Shown in pieces: positions 6,956 to 17,500 of a stretch of 64,000 nt of DNA. Below the pieces are notes generated by a model. That model saw only the letters and a list, made by a program, of their open reading frames with translations. It ran no database searches and was not told the origin of the DNA. The stretch comes from an uncultured virus (IMG/VR IMGVR_UViG_3300020207_000005). Its lineage: Duplodnaviria > Heunggongvirae > Uroviricota > Caudoviricetes. The translations under genes and the position numbers were made by a program. Position 1 is the stretch's first letter. Each line of letters starts with the position of its first letter. Where the stretch lies: IMG/VR virus record IMGVR_UViG_3300020207_000005; one strand, 5' to 3'.

Positions 6956-8284
6956 TTAGAATAAGTTTGTGACTCTAATTTTTCTGTAGTACTTGTTGAC
7001 GTCTTGAGTAAGAGCACCCAAACCTTGGTTAGAAACGTCACCTTCAGCGAATGGGTTTGCAACCATTCCGTAACGAGTCTTGAATCCAATTTTTGGTTGG
7101 AAGCTGTTCTCACCAACCGCACGAACCATTTGTAAAGGAACGTATGGGCAGTAGAATAAACCTGCATCAAATGCAGATGAACCCTTATAACCAACTACTA
7201 AGTAGTTGCCGCCTGCGAATGGGTCAACGTATACTCTGAATCTTCCGTTAAGAACACCAGCAAAAGTATTACCTGTGTCATCAACTTCTAAAGAGTTAGA
7301 GTTTAAGGCAGGAGCGTAATCCAATACACCAGCCATTTGCAATGCAGAAGCTACGTCTGAAGAACAAATAACGATGTTACCTTTCCCTCTACGAGTTCCT
7401 TTTGCGATAGCGTTAGCTTCTTGTTCGATTTGGAACATTAAGCCTTTGAACTTCTCAACTGACCATCTTCCGTTTGCATCAACGTCTAAGTCGAATACTC
7501 CAGAAGCAGCAGTATTGTCACCACCTACTTCAGCTGTTTTGTAGATTGTTCTAACAACTTCACGGTTGATTTCTGTTAAGATTTCAGATTGAAGAATGTT
7601 AGCCAATTCTGTTTCAGCGTCTAGGCCGTGGACTGCTCTTAAGTCTTGAGCAAGTTCAGTTGTGTATTCAGCTTTTAAAGCACGTGTCTTAGCAGCAACA
7701 GTAACTTTCTCAATAGAGAATGCCATTTCTGCGAAGTTTGTACCTTGACCGTCGCCTAAAGCTTCAGCCGCTGCTGTGTCCATACCTGTACCAGTTGTAA
7801 TAAGCGTTGTATTAGCGTTTGGCAAAGTATTTGCGTGTGTACCAGTACCACCAAAGTCGGTATCGGCTTCAGCATATAAAGCTTCCGCACCACCTTGAGA
7901 ACCGTAACGTGCTCTCATCGCGAAGATTAAACCTGTTGGGCCAGTCATTGGCTGAACACCACAGATATCGTAAGCGATTAGGTTAGGAATAGCTCTACGT
8001 ACTAATGAAATCAAGATAGGGTCATAACCAGCTGTTGGACCAGCTGCTGCATTTCCTGGAGATACACTTGCAGAGAAACCACCTGTACCAGCATCGTTGG
8101 TAGGTGCTTCTGAAAGAAGGCTTGTCATGTTTGCAGACAAGTCACCTGTTTCAGAAAGTGCTCTTTCTGTGTTCTCTAGGATAGTAGCTGTTACTGCTTT
8201 CCTATGTTGATCGCTAATTGGTGAAAAAGAGTCGTGCTCTAAAATTGGCTCCCACTTTTCCACGAGTTGTTGATAGTTTGACAT
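6956..8284 (-). CDS. gp23: Major capsid protein (T4 gp23)
   Basis: LVRRAIPNLIAYDICGVQPMTGPTGLIFAMR, KAEYTTELAQDL and FQPKIGFKTRYG motifs. Confidence 0.98.
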   Translation of the reverse strand: MSNYQQLVEKWEPILEHDSFSPISDQHRKAVTATILENTERALSETGDLSANMTSLLSEAPTNDAGTGGFSASVSPGNAAAGPTAGYDPILISLVRRAIPNLIAYDICGVQPMTGPTGLIFAMRARYGSQGGAEALYAEADTDFGGTGTHANTLPNANTTLITTGTGMDTAAAEALGDGQGTNFAEMAFSIEKVTVAAKTRALKAEYTTELAQDLRAVHGLDAETELANILQSEILTEINREVVRTIYKTAEVGGDNTAASGVFDLDVDANGRWSVEKFKGLMFQIEQEANAIAKGTRRGKGNIVICSSDVASALQMAGVLDYAPALNSNSLEVDDTGNTFAGVLNGRFRVYVDPFAGGNYLVVGYKGSSAFDAGLFYCPYVPLQMVRAVGENSFQPKIGFKTRYGMVANPFAEGDVSNQGLGALTQDVNKYYRKIRVTNLF

Positions 8285-8317
8285 AATGTCTCTCCTATTT
8301 TTAATTAACGTAAATTT

Positions 8318-8325
8318 TATTTATA
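8318..8325 (-). promoter_or_regulatory. T4-type late promoter TATAAATA (gp23)
   Basis: Exact motif 34 nt upstream of gp23. Further exact copies at 10113, 11311, 15415, 23859, 27799, 45472 and 61538; NATAAATA variants at 9389, 13425, 20227, 26977, 38232 and 50892. All lie at gene boundaries. Confidence 0.85.
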
Positions 8326-8342
8326 ATAAAACCAATTTTTAA

Positions 8343-9335
8343 TTAATTATTCTTTTTTCTCGCATCGAGTGCTTCAACAAGAGCATTTACAGAAGCGTAA
8401 TCAGAAGCTGGTTTTTTAACTTCCTGTTCTTCTAGAATAATTTCGTCTTCTTCGACTTCTTCTACTTTAGGTGTGGCAACTTTGCCTTCACTAAAGAAAG
8501 ATTCCTTGATTACTTGAAGATTTTCAGTATAAGACTCTAAATCTTCAACATCTAGTTTTTCTGAAAGGACTTTAAATCTTTCTTTCTGATTGTCAGAAAG
8601 ACCTTCAGTCATTTCTTCGAAAACTTTTTCTGCTTTGATAGAAGAAATAGTTTTAGCTAATTCGATATTCTCATTAACTAAAGCATTTGATTTTTCTTCT
8701 AAATCAGAAACTTGTGTTTCAAGTTCTGCAACTACGTCGAAAGTTTCTTCGTCGATAGATACATTGTGCTCAGTGAATAAATCTTTAAGACCATTCATGA
8801 GAGATTCTGCCATTTCTACTTTAATGCCAGCTTCTACTGCAATCTTGTTCTCTTCCATCCACTCGCCAACTACATAGTCAAGATACTTGTCTACGTTTTC
8901 AACGATGTCTTTCATGCGAGTTTCGATTGATTCATCTAATTCGCTTTCGAGCTTAGTTTCAAGCTCTTCTTTAATAGCTGCTACTTGAGCTGTGACCTGT
9001 TCGTTAACTGCTGCTTCAAAAACAACTTCAATTTTGTTTTTGAATTCTTCAGAAAGTTCTTCACCTTCGATGATAGAAGCGATTGAAGATTCTACTACAA
9101 CTTCTTCCACAGTTTCTTCTGTTTCTTCAATTGTTTCAGTTCCTTCTACTTCGACATCTTCAGCTGTAGGTACTTTCTCACCGGCTTTTTCTTGACCAGG
9201 AGTTTTTACACCTACCTCTTTAGGCTTATCTTCTTTTTTAGGCTTTCTATTACCTTCACCACCCTCAGGCTTCGCCGGTTGTGGGACAGTTGAAATACCG
9301 TCGTCAGCAACGAATGTATTTTTGTCGTCTGCCAT
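8343..9335 (-). CDS. gp22: Prohead core scaffold protein (T4 gp22)
   Basis: Glu-rich; LSEEFKNK..VVFEAAV and VDKYLDYVVGEWMEENKIAVE; synteny. Confidence 0.93.
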   Translation of the reverse strand: MADDKNTFVADDGISTVPQPAKPEGGEGNRKPKKEDKPKEVGVKTPGQEKAGEKVPTAEDVEVEGTETIEETEETVEEVVVESSIASIIEGEELSEEFKNKIEVVFEAAVNEQVTAQVAAIKEELETKLESELDESIETRMKDIVENVDKYLDYVVGEWMEENKIAVEAGIKVEMAESLMNGLKDLFTEHNVSIDEETFDVVAELETQVSDLEEKSNALVNENIELAKTISSIKAEKVFEEMTEGLSDNQKERFKVLSEKLDVEDLESYTENLQVIKESFFSEGKVATPKVEEVEEDEIILEEQEVKKPASDYASVNALVEALDARKKNN

Positions 9336-9402
9336 AATGTTTTCTCCTTTAAATATTGTTTAAGTACAAATTAAATCTGACTGCAAATTATTTATTAAAA
9401 AG

Positions 9403-10086
9403 TTATTTTCTCAAAGAACGAACGAATGTACTAAACATTCTTGCTGCCGTTTCTTCATCAATTTTACGTACCACTCGGTTGATTTTTTTCTCAACTTCTT
9501 CAACAATCTCTTCGATTACCTCAGTTACTTCCTGAGCTCTCCAAGACGCAGAAGCGATGTCGTAGTAATACTCTCTATTCTCCATAATACCATTTACAAA
9601 AGCATTAGGAGCTGAAGGGTCAGTTACAATGTCCACTGTCGCTAAATGGAAATCTTTTTGAACTTCCATAACGCCATCCTTCAATTGTTTTACCGAGCCT
9701 AAACCTCTTGTTGAAACGCCAATTTTAACTCCCTCGTCTATGAAAGTTTTGACAATCTCACCCATTGGAGTTGATAAGATTTTTGCTTTACCGTAAAAAT
9801 CATTACCTTCGCGTTTCATATTAGTTATCAAATGAGAAACACGGTCTCCGTTAATCGTAGGACCGTCAGGATGTCCTAGTTCACCAAGCGCTCTTTTAGA
9901 TTCAATGAATTGCTCGTTATAACGATTCATTTCATTCTCTAAAGTGTCGCATGGATAAATTCTTCCGTTGCGATTTTTAATGTCGCCTTGCATGAAGATA
10001 CCTTCGATAAAGTAAGACTTTTTTCCGTCCTCTTTAGCTTCGGTTAATACTTCGCAAGTTTCGTTAACTTCAGTAATTAATTTCAT
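9403..10086 (-). CDS. gp21: Prohead protease (T4 gp21)
   Basis: IEGIFMQ...NRNGRIYP, ALGELGHPD, GVSTRGLGS and DIVTDPSAPNAFV. Confidence 0.97.
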   Translation of the reverse strand: MKLITEVNETCEVLTEAKEDGKKSYFIEGIFMQGDIKNRNGRIYPCDTLENEMNRYNEQFIESKRALGELGHPDGPTINGDRVSHLITNMKREGNDFYGKAKILSTPMGEIVKTFIDEGVKIGVSTRGLGSVKQLKDGVMEVQKDFHLATVDIVTDPSAPNAFVNGIMENREYYYDIASASWRAQEVTEVIEEIVEEVEKKINRVVRKIDEETAARMFSTFVRSLRK

Positions 10087-10125
10087 GTTTCTACCCTAAT
10101 AATTCTTTTAAATATTTATATTCAT

Positions 10126-10365
10126 TTAAGGTATACCGTTTGCGTTTCGATTATCGTAGAAATTCTTTGATAATTCGCCCCGCTCTGCGGTTTCCCCAAC
10201 TTTTCTAACTTTTACATAGATATATTGAGCATTTCCACCCGGAGGAGTATATGTTCTTACCCCTGCGGTTGTAGTGCCATTAGCATCTGAATAAGTATCT
10301 GATGCTGTGGCTGCGTTATCATATTCCCAAATTCCATTAGAACCTGGTACTGAAACCCATGCCAT
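10126..10365 (-). CDS. Hypothetical late protein
   Basis: 79-aa ORF translationally coupled to the upstream gene in the head cluster. Confidence 0.7.
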   Translation of the reverse strand: MAWVSVPGSNGIWEYDNAATASDTYSDANGTTTAGVRTYTPPGGNAQYIYVKVRKVGETAERGELSKNFYDNRNANGIP

Positions 10366-11276
10366 TATATACCTGCTTTTTTAGCAAAGTCTAATATTTC
10401 GTTGTACCCTCTTTCATTACTCATTAAAAGTTCGTACATTTCTTCCTTGTTCTTTTTATCTCTTAAAGTCTTAAACATCTTGTCTAATAACTTTGCATCT
10501 TGAGGTTTTACAGAAACTCTTTTTCTGTTACCTAATACCAACTGCCCAGCCCTGATTGGTTTAACTTGGACTGCTTCATCTACTTTTCCCTTTCCACCAC
10601 AGTGTGGGCAATCTTCATCGCATCCACATCCGTCTTTAGTAATTTCGTTTCCACAACATGAACATTTTTCTTCATGAAGAAGTTCTGCTATTTCTTCATC
10701 AATACTTTCATATTGTTCTTCAACATCATCACTACCTAGGTCAATGTCTTTTTCTGCTTCAGCTGCTTTTTCACTACCTTTTGCATAAGCGTGTAATGAT
10801 TTAACGTTACCAAATACTTGAGCCAACTTATTTTGCCACCATTCTTCTGGGTCAATTTCGTCAGTTGCTAAGAATTCCATTAAGTCTTCACAAGCATAGC
10901 AAATATAATGAAGCTGTTTCATCATCATTGGAATTTCTTCTTGGGGACTTTCAAGAAGGTCTTCCTCTGATGTGATTTTGTTCATTAAATCTTTAAAAGA
11001 AACTTCAGTATTCTCTTTTCTTAATGCACCACCACCTGTATCTCTTGGTAATTTAAATGGCTTATCTTTCTTATCGAGATGTGGGTCGTAATTCTTATCG
11101 CCATCTTGGTCAGCAGGTCTTGCCTTCCTTTCCACACCATCAATCTCTCCAGTAAACTGATTATCAGGTGCTACTGGGTGCTTGATTAATTCTATTTTAT
11201 GTAAGTCTTTAAACTTTTTCTCATCGCCACTTTTTGGTTGGGCGATTTCTGAGAGAACATCTTTAAAGTTTTTCAT
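10365..11276 (-). CDS. Putative prohead core/internal protein with Cys-rich motif
   Basis: Between gp20 and gp21 (T4 gp67/gp68 position); starts MKNFKDVLSE; acidic; preceded by a late promoter at 11311. Confidence 0.65.
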   Translation of the reverse strand: MKNFKDVLSEIAQPKSGDEKKFKDLHKIELIKHPVAPDNQFTGEIDGVERKARPADQDGDKNYDPHLDKKDKPFKLPRDTGGGALRKENTEVSFKDLMNKITSEEDLLESPQEEIPMMMKQLHYICYACEDLMEFLATDEIDPEEWWQNKLAQVFGNVKSLHAYAKGSEKAAEAEKDIDLGSDDVEEQYESIDEEIAELLHEEKCSCCGNEITKDGCGCDEDCPHCGGKGKVDEAVQVKPIRAGQLVLGNRKRVSVKPQDAKLLDKMFKTLRDKKNKEEMYELLMSNERGYNEILDFAKKAGI

Positions 11277-11318
11277 TGTTAAGTCCCTATTTATTTTGCT
11301 ATATTAATTTTATTTATA

Positions 11319-12848
11319 TTAAAAAGGATTTGAATCCATATCGTCACCGTCTTCAGAAGGTTCTGCTTCTTTTTCAGCGACCATTTGGTCATTCATTTCA
11401 TTAAATTCCTCTTCACTCATCTGAAGAACGTTTCTAATTACCCATTCTTTCGAGTAATATTTTCCAATCGAATCTTCAATATCTCTTAAGGTTCCTAATC
11501 TTTCCTTAAGAATCTCTGCATGTTTTAACTCATCATAATAGTTGTCTTTTGCAAATTCATATCGAATATCGTTTCGAATTTGTTGAAACTCTTCAGGAGT
11601 AAGAATACCCTTTAATACTAGTTGTTTTTCTAATACGATATTAAATATCCAAGAAAAACGTGACCTAATACGTTTAATAAACTTTCCAAACTTTAACTCG
11701 TCTCTGGTAATTTCTGAAACTCTACCAAAGTTCGCCATTGTTTCAGGCTCTAAACGCGTTAAAGGTACTTTCAACGATTTATATAATTTACGTTGAAAAT
11801 ACGTCATGTTTTCGTCGTTGCTTAAACCTTGAGCACTACCACCTGCTAATGTATCAACCTCTGTGGTACGCTCACCGCCACGACGTGGGAACCAAAAGTC
11901 CTCAGTCATTGTCAACATTTTACGAGAATCTGTAATCTCACCTGTTGACGAATTATATTGAAGTTTATTCTTATGGCGAGTCATCATATCTCTAAGATAT
12001 TGTTCCGCCTTATTCTTAGGTAAATTACCTACATCAATATAAAAAATTCTTCTTTCAGGAGCTCTAGTCAATGTATAAATGACTGTAGCATCCTCTAGCA
12101 TTCTCAACTGATTTAAAGGTTTAATTGCTGGATGTAAGTGAGATAATACTAAACTATTATTCTCATTCATCAATCCTGAAGTTACTCTAGCAATAGAGTC
12201 CTTCGCAATTTTAAAACCAACAGTTGAACCGCTTGCACTAGTAGCTCCAAATCCATTTTCAGAATACATATAGTATTCATTCTTAATCTTTTTGACTGGA
12301 GCACCTGAGTGCTTGTCTTTACTTTTCTTGTCCAACTCTCGAATTAGTTTTAGTTTTCGAGGGTCACAATAACGTAGTTCTATAATACCTCTTTTAAGGT
12401 TATCGGGGTCGATTATAATATGATAATTCAATCGACCGTCGATATAAAACTTATAGAACATATCGTATCCTTGGTTTGACATATCAAACATAGATACGAC
12501 GTTATCAAATTCTTCTACAATCTTGTCTTTAACTTTATCAGGTAAATCAGTTTCACCTAAACTTATGCTAACGACACTTTCGTCCATTTCAATCGAGATA
12601 GCTTCATTCACTATATCATCAACTGCCTGAGCAATCTCAGGCTGAAGGGCCATGTTCCTATACTTTGTGATAAGTTCGGATTCAGACTTAGCTGAACCTT
12701 CCATATCTAATAGAGTACTATAAAAGCCCCCTAGCGAGTTACCTGATACGGTAATCGCACCATCATCATTTTGAGGTTCTGTAAATGAGATAGGAGCATT
12801 CTTTATCTCATCTTCAGGCCTCTTAATTTCGAAGCCAAAAATCTTCAT
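11319..12848 (-). CDS. gp20: Portal protein (T4 gp20)
   Basis: NQLRMLEDA.VIY...RAPERRIFYIDVGNLPK.KAEQY and EDFWFPRRGG. Confidence 0.97.
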   Translation of the reverse strand: MKIFGFEIKRPEDEIKNAPISFTEPQNDDGAITVSGNSLGGFYSTLLDMEGSAKSESELITKYRNMALQPEIAQAVDDIVNEAISIEMDESVVSISLGETDLPDKVKDKIVEEFDNVVSMFDMSNQGYDMFYKFYIDGRLNYHIIIDPDNLKRGIIELRYCDPRKLKLIRELDKKSKDKHSGAPVKKIKNEYYMYSENGFGATSASGSTVGFKIAKDSIARVTSGLMNENNSLVLSHLHPAIKPLNQLRMLEDATVIYTLTRAPERRIFYIDVGNLPKNKAEQYLRDMMTRHKNKLQYNSSTGEITDSRKMLTMTEDFWFPRRGGERTTEVDTLAGGSAQGLSNDENMTYFQRKLYKSLKVPLTRLEPETMANFGRVSEITRDELKFGKFIKRIRSRFSWIFNIVLEKQLVLKGILTPEEFQQIRNDIRYEFAKDNYYDELKHAEILKERLGTLRDIEDSIGKYYSKEWVIRNVLQMSEEEFNEMNDQMVAEKEAEPSEDGDDMDSNPF

Positions 12849-12865
12849 TATTTAAATTCCTATTA

Positions 12866-13399
12866 TTATGTAGTTGGAATTCCAGTTGAACCTTCGACTC
12901 TCCAGAAGTCATATTGGAAGGTCACTGAGAATTCTTCAATTGTATCGGTTGTACCCCAATCCATTTGGATTTGGTCAATAGTCACTGGGTACATACCTTC
13001 GAACACATAAGTTCTAATTGCGTCTCCGTCTTTACTATATTGTGTAATTAAACCATTTGATTTGTAATCAGATGGAAGTGAGCGTAAATTACCATCATGT
13101 GTATTGATAGCATTTGACCATGCTTCCAAACCGTTTCTAACAATGAAATCTTCATCGTTAATAACAGTCACTGTCCAATCTTCAAATACCCTATCACCTG
13201 CATACTTGACCTGACGACCAAAGTATGGTGCTGTGAAAGAACCTAAGGAAGAGCCGGGTATACCCGCAGCTCTTACCATGAAAGGAACTTTAAAGTCGGC
13301 TTCAGGAGCAACAGGGTTTAAGATTTGACATTGGAATAACGTAGGTCGAGCACCACCACCAACTAGCTGGGATTTGAACTCATTAATATTAAATGCCAT
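12866..13399 (-). CDS. gp19: Tail tube protein (T4 gp19)
   Basis: GGARPTLF, GRQVKYAGDRVFEDWTVTVINDEDF and IEEFSVTFQYDFW. Confidence 0.95.
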   Translation of the reverse strand: MAFNINEFKSQLVGGGARPTLFQCQILNPVAPEADFKVPFMVRAAGIPGSSLGSFTAPYFGRQVKYAGDRVFEDWTVTVINDEDFIVRNGLEAWSNAINTHDGNLRSLPSDYKSNGLITQYSKDGDAIRTYVFEGMYPVTIDQIQMDWGTTDTIEEFSVTFQYDFWRVEGSTGIPTT

Positions 13400-13430
13400 T
13401 TGTTAGTTCTCCTATTTTACTAATTATTTA

Positions 13431-15353
13431 TTAACCAATTGAGCCAACAATTTCTTCAAATTCAACACCACTTCTTGTTGCAACAAATGTTAATTCAATA
13501 ACATTAATGCTTCTAGCAGGTTTAATAAAGATATTTGCTCTAAACTTACCAGCATCAACGATTTCAGGAGTATTTACTGTTGTATCAGAAATTACTCTAA
13601 AGTCGATAATACCACGTCTACCTTGAATTTCTCTTAAGAAAGGTTCAACGATATTTTTGAACTGAGTCTGTGAGAATTCATCGTTAAGTTCGAATAAGAA
13701 AGATTGTGCTGCATTAGCAATTGCTTTCTCAACCGCAATAAAGAGTCTTCTTACATTGATTCTGTCAAATGCACTTGGTAAACCAAGACCTGTCTTATCA
13801 CCGAATAGTACAATTCCTTGTCCTACTTGACTCATTACAGGGTTAACATCTGAAGAGTATAATTGGTCTCTTTGTGTTTTGTTAGGGTTGAAAGCAAGTT
13901 TTACAACATTCTTAATTACACCCTTACGGAAACCAGCTGGTGATTCGAAAGGTTCAACTCTTGAAGCTAGACCTGCAGTGTCACCATTTAGTGGAACATA
14001 ACGGTAGGTATCATTGTACTTGTCATATCTGTATTTGTATCCACTATCCATAAACCAGTATGAAGAGTTTTGTAACTTATTACGATATGCAATGACGTTG
14101 TTAAGTTTTGCGTTTGTTTTGTTTTCGTCTACGACATCAGCCTTAGAAGGTGATAAGAATGCGACTGCATCTTTTCTGTAATCTGTGATGTTAGAAATGA
14201 TGTAGTTAGCAACTGTTCCGGCTTGGTCACCCTTACCTTGTAGAACAAATGAGACGTCAATCTCGTTTGCATTCTTGAATAAATCGTAACCACCCGCGAT
14301 AGGTCCTAATGCTGTTGCAGTTTCTGATGTACCATCGGTACCATTTGCAAGAGTTTCATAAGAACTGTCTTGTGCGCCTGATTCGAAATGCGATGTATTT
14401 GCGACTGCAACCCATGAAGAGCCATTGTCGATTACATCTACGTAGTAATTTGTTGTTCCGTCTGATAGTTTAGCGGTTGACGTAGTTGAAACATCGGTAT
14501 AAAGTTCCAGTGCTGTTCCAGCTTCACCAGAAATAGTACCATCATTGTCGATTACTGCGATGTGATAGTTAGCAGTTTGAGGTGCTTTACCAAACCAGCT
14601 TGAGTATTTCCACTTTCTTACAATAGAAAGTTTGTTCAAGTCAGATTCTGCTAATCTCCAAGATGAACCGAATACAATATTATAATCGTATGCTACGATT
14701 AATGAAGTATTTGCAGTTTCATCTCCTAATGTGTCTCTCGCTGTTTCTGTGATTGAACTTACTTCTAACTCTTGGTATCCTACTGAATCGTTTCCGATTA
14801 CAAGAATATCACCAGCATCAATTAATCCTGATGTGATTCTATTAGCAGGTGCTACTTCGAAATCAACATCACTATCATTAAAGTTTAGTGTTTGTTGAAT
14901 TTGAGTGTTACCAGTTAATTGAGAAGCAGTAATATCACCAACACTTAGTACATCGTTTGAGAAGCTTGAACCCTTAACGTAAGCAACGTCAATAGAGTTT
15001 CCTAACTCTCCAGGATATAAAGCGTCGAACGCACCGAAAGTATGTAGTTGTGTATTTGCACTTGATGTATCTGATGCAGATGCTTTAACTGCACCGTTAT
15101 CTACTCTAGCCACGTAAAGAGCATTTGCATAAGAAAGATAGTCTGCTGCTACAAAGAATGTTTCGTAATTATTATTGGTTGGTGTACCAAATCTATTTAC
15201 TAAATCATTCTCAGAAGAAACTAGAACTGCCTCGCCTACAGGACCCCATCTAAAAACACCTGCGATAGCGGCAGGTGGTGTTGCGATGGCTGGTACCGCT
15301 GCACTTGCGTCCACTTCGCGAACTATTACGGAAGGACTTACGGAAAAAGCCAT
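13431..15353 (-). CDS. gp18: Tail sheath protein (T4 gp18)
   Basis: SPSVIVREVD, FRWGP, SAFDRINVRRLF and KPARSINVIELTFVAT. Confidence 0.97.
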   Translation of the reverse strand: MAFSVSPSVIVREVDASAAVPAIATPPAAIAGVFRWGPVGEAVLVSSENDLVNRFGTPTNNNYETFFVAADYLSYANALYVARVDNGAVKASASDTSSANTQLHTFGAFDALYPGELGNSIDVAYVKGSSFSNDVLSVGDITASQLTGNTQIQQTLNFNDSDVDFEVAPANRITSGLIDAGDILVIGNDSVGYQELEVSSITETARDTLGDETANTSLIVAYDYNIVFGSSWRLAESDLNKLSIVRKWKYSSWFGKAPQTANYHIAVIDNDGTISGEAGTALELYTDVSTTSTAKLSDGTTNYYVDVIDNGSSWVAVANTSHFESGAQDSSYETLANGTDGTSETATALGPIAGGYDLFKNANEIDVSFVLQGKGDQAGTVANYIISNITDYRKDAVAFLSPSKADVVDENKTNAKLNNVIAYRNKLQNSSYWFMDSGYKYRYDKYNDTYRYVPLNGDTAGLASRVEPFESPAGFRKGVIKNVVKLAFNPNKTQRDQLYSSDVNPVMSQVGQGIVLFGDKTGLGLPSAFDRINVRRLFIAVEKAIANAAQSFLFELNDEFSQTQFKNIVEPFLREIQGRRGIIDFRVISDTTVNTPEIVDAGKFRANIFIKPARSINVIELTFVATRSGVEFEEIVGSIG

Positions 15354-15434
15354 ATTATTCTCCTTTAATATTATCTATTTAAAAACCTAGTCTTAATTAT
15401 AGTTATCACTGTTTTATTTATAAAAAGCATAGGT

Positions 15435-17042
15435 TTATATCTCCCATGCGTTTCGTACAGCTTCGAATCCGTCTGAATCTGGCAGTTCACTTCCATCATC
15501 TATAAATCCAAACGGTAATAATTCTTCTTCAATTTGTTCTTCAGTTTTTTGTCGAAGCTTTAATAACGTATTTATGTCAGTGAGGTCTTTAAAGAAAGTT
15601 TGGTCTGATAACCACGAAAATATGACCAGGTTCATAACCAAATCATCGTGGGAACCAGATTCTGCTTCATAAGAAGAACCCTTTTTACTAAAACGTGATA
15701 ACTCTTGTATTGTATTATAGTCTTGTACTATAAGTTGATTCTGTTCAATCAACATTTTTAATATTGTACAACCAATTGATTTTACACTCTTAGTTGTACG
15801 TATTCCATTATCTACTCTTTTTCCAAAACCTGCTGAAATCCTTTTTCCGGAACGTCCCGCATTTTCTGTATAAAGAAGATTTTCATAACCATAGTCCATT
15901 AAGAGTACGTCCGAAACCTGTTCACCAATATCATTGATTTCGATTAGGACAGAACTCTCATTGTACATTAGTCCTATTCTATATATAATAGATGCAAAAT
16001 CGACAGGAGCAACCATGTTATCTCGATAGACACAAACCTGTTTATAAGGCATTTGTGTTACGTCGATTACATTAAAAGTACTATAATCTAGTCCTTTTCC
16101 TCTTGAAACGTCAACAGTCATCACATAAGCGTGACCTTCTTGAACAGCTTCATATTGAGTTAACCCTTGGTTTTCTGCAATAGGACGACTGTATGCTAAT
16201 TCTTTAAGTTTGGAACCATCAACAAGAGTACCAGAACTTCCTAAGAATTGACAACAGTATTCTTGTCTAAACTTTTCTTCGTCAAAATCCAAAGCTTCAA
16301 GTGTTTCGTTTTTCCACTTTTCATCACGCCCTGGAACATCATTCCACATAACTTCAACGAATTCATAACCATTAGTACCTTCTCTAGCACCTTTACATGT
16401 TTTCCAAAAATGGTTTAATCCATTTGGTGTTGAAGTCATTAATAACTTTGTAGTTTCACCAGCAGAGATTGTAGGATATACAGAAGCGAAGAACTCATCG
16501 AATCCTTCAATAAACGCAACCTCATCGAGATATAGGAACGATATTGATTTACCCCTAATTGCCGAAGATGTCGTTGTACCTGCATATATTTTACAACCAT
16601 TCTCTAGTGTAATATTACCTTTATTCCATTCTTCGATACCTTGTTGCATCCATTTAGGTAATGCTTCATAAGCAAGTTGAACTCTTGAAAGAACTTCTCG
16701 AGCAGCATCACCCTTGTTCGCTAATATCGCAACGGTCTTAAATTCATTAAATAGAATATAATGTAATATAACTGCGGTTGCAGTTGTTGTCTTACCACTT
16801 TGACGAGCGGTTAAAACTGCAACACGTCTATTGTTTGTAATCTTTTGTGTAATGTCTTTTTGATAATCATACATTTCAAAGGGAACAAACCCCTTGTCAA
16901 CATGTACGATTTTAATATAATTTTCTGCGAAATATATTGGGTCTTCTGCACACTTCATATACTCCTTAATTTGTTCAGGTGTAAACTCGTGTACCTCATT
17001 CGCTCTCTTGAGGTAAGTGTTACCTAAGTACCCAACTGGCAT
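15435..17042 (-). CDS. gp17: Terminase large subunit (T4 gp17)
   Basis: Walker A ARQSGKTT, Walker B LYLDEVAF, TSTPNGLNHF and nuclease motifs DVSRG..DYS and HDDLVM. Confidence 0.98.
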   Translation of the reverse strand: MPVGYLGNTYLKRANEVHEFTPEQIKEYMKCAEDPIYFAENYIKIVHVDKGFVPFEMYDYQKDITQKITNNRRVAVLTARQSGKTTTATAVILHYILFNEFKTVAILANKGDAAREVLSRVQLAYEALPKWMQQGIEEWNKGNITLENGCKIYAGTTTSSAIRGKSISFLYLDEVAFIEGFDEFFASVYPTISAGETTKLLMTSTPNGLNHFWKTCKGAREGTNGYEFVEVMWNDVPGRDEKWKNETLEALDFDEEKFRQEYCCQFLGSSGTLVDGSKLKELAYSRPIAENQGLTQYEAVQEGHAYVMTVDVSRGKGLDYSTFNVIDVTQMPYKQVCVYRDNMVAPVDFASIIYRIGLMYNESSVLIEINDIGEQVSDVLLMDYGYENLLYTENAGRSGKRISAGFGKRVDNGIRTTKSVKSIGCTILKMLIEQNQLIVQDYNTIQELSRFSKKGSSYEAESGSHDDLVMNLVIFSWLSDQTFFKDLTDINTLLKLRQKTEEQIEEELLPFGFIDDGSELPDSDGFEAVRNAWEI

Positions 17043-17500
17043 TATTCGTTTCCGTCTTTAATCATTTTCAATAAGTCTGCAGTTGATACGATAAGATTAT
17101 TATTAGTCACTTGAGTTTGCGTTGTTTGTTCTTCTTTCGCATATCTCTTTTTAGTTGACATATCAACATAATCTTTGTTAGCATCTAATAGTGTTTTCAT
17201 TAAAGTCGAAACAACTTCAAATGCTCTTGGTGATTCTGATTGTTTTGCAATCTCAACCATTTCTTTTACTGCATCATCACCGAGATTAATAATATTCTCA
17301 ATATTTGCTTTCGCTAATTCTATGTCTTTTAAATTCTCTTCAGCTTGTTGTTCAGCAACTGCGGGTAGATTTTCTTGTCTTACAACTGGTAAGCTCTCTA
17401 CATCATCATTAGTTGAAAAAGAATTTGCAGGCAACTCCTCTTGTGCCTCTTCAATAGGTCTTATATCAAGTGTTTCTGCTATTTTATCTTTCTTCGCCAT
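17042..17500 (-). CDS. gp16: Terminase small subunit (T4 gp16)
   Basis: SESPRAFEV and NNNLIVSTADLLKM; immediately upstream of gp17. Confidence 0.92.
   Translation of the reverse strand: MAKKDKIAETLDIRPIEEAQEELPANSFSTNDDVESLPVVRQENLPAVAEQQAEENLKDIELAKANIENIINLGDDAVKEMVEIAKQSESPRAFEVVSTLMKTLLDANKDYVDMSTKKRYAKEEQTTQTQVTNNNLIVSTADLLKMIKDGNE

Noticed and set aside
6796..7194. 132-aa minus-strand ORF overlapping the gp23 3' end (possible frameshift extension)
   Set aside because: Out-of-frame overlap that crosses the terminator; no slippery site identified and composition is not protein-like.
15435..17042. Intron, intein or homing endonuclease in terminase or other core genes
   Set aside because: gp17, gp18, gp20 and gp23 are uninterrupted and of normal length.
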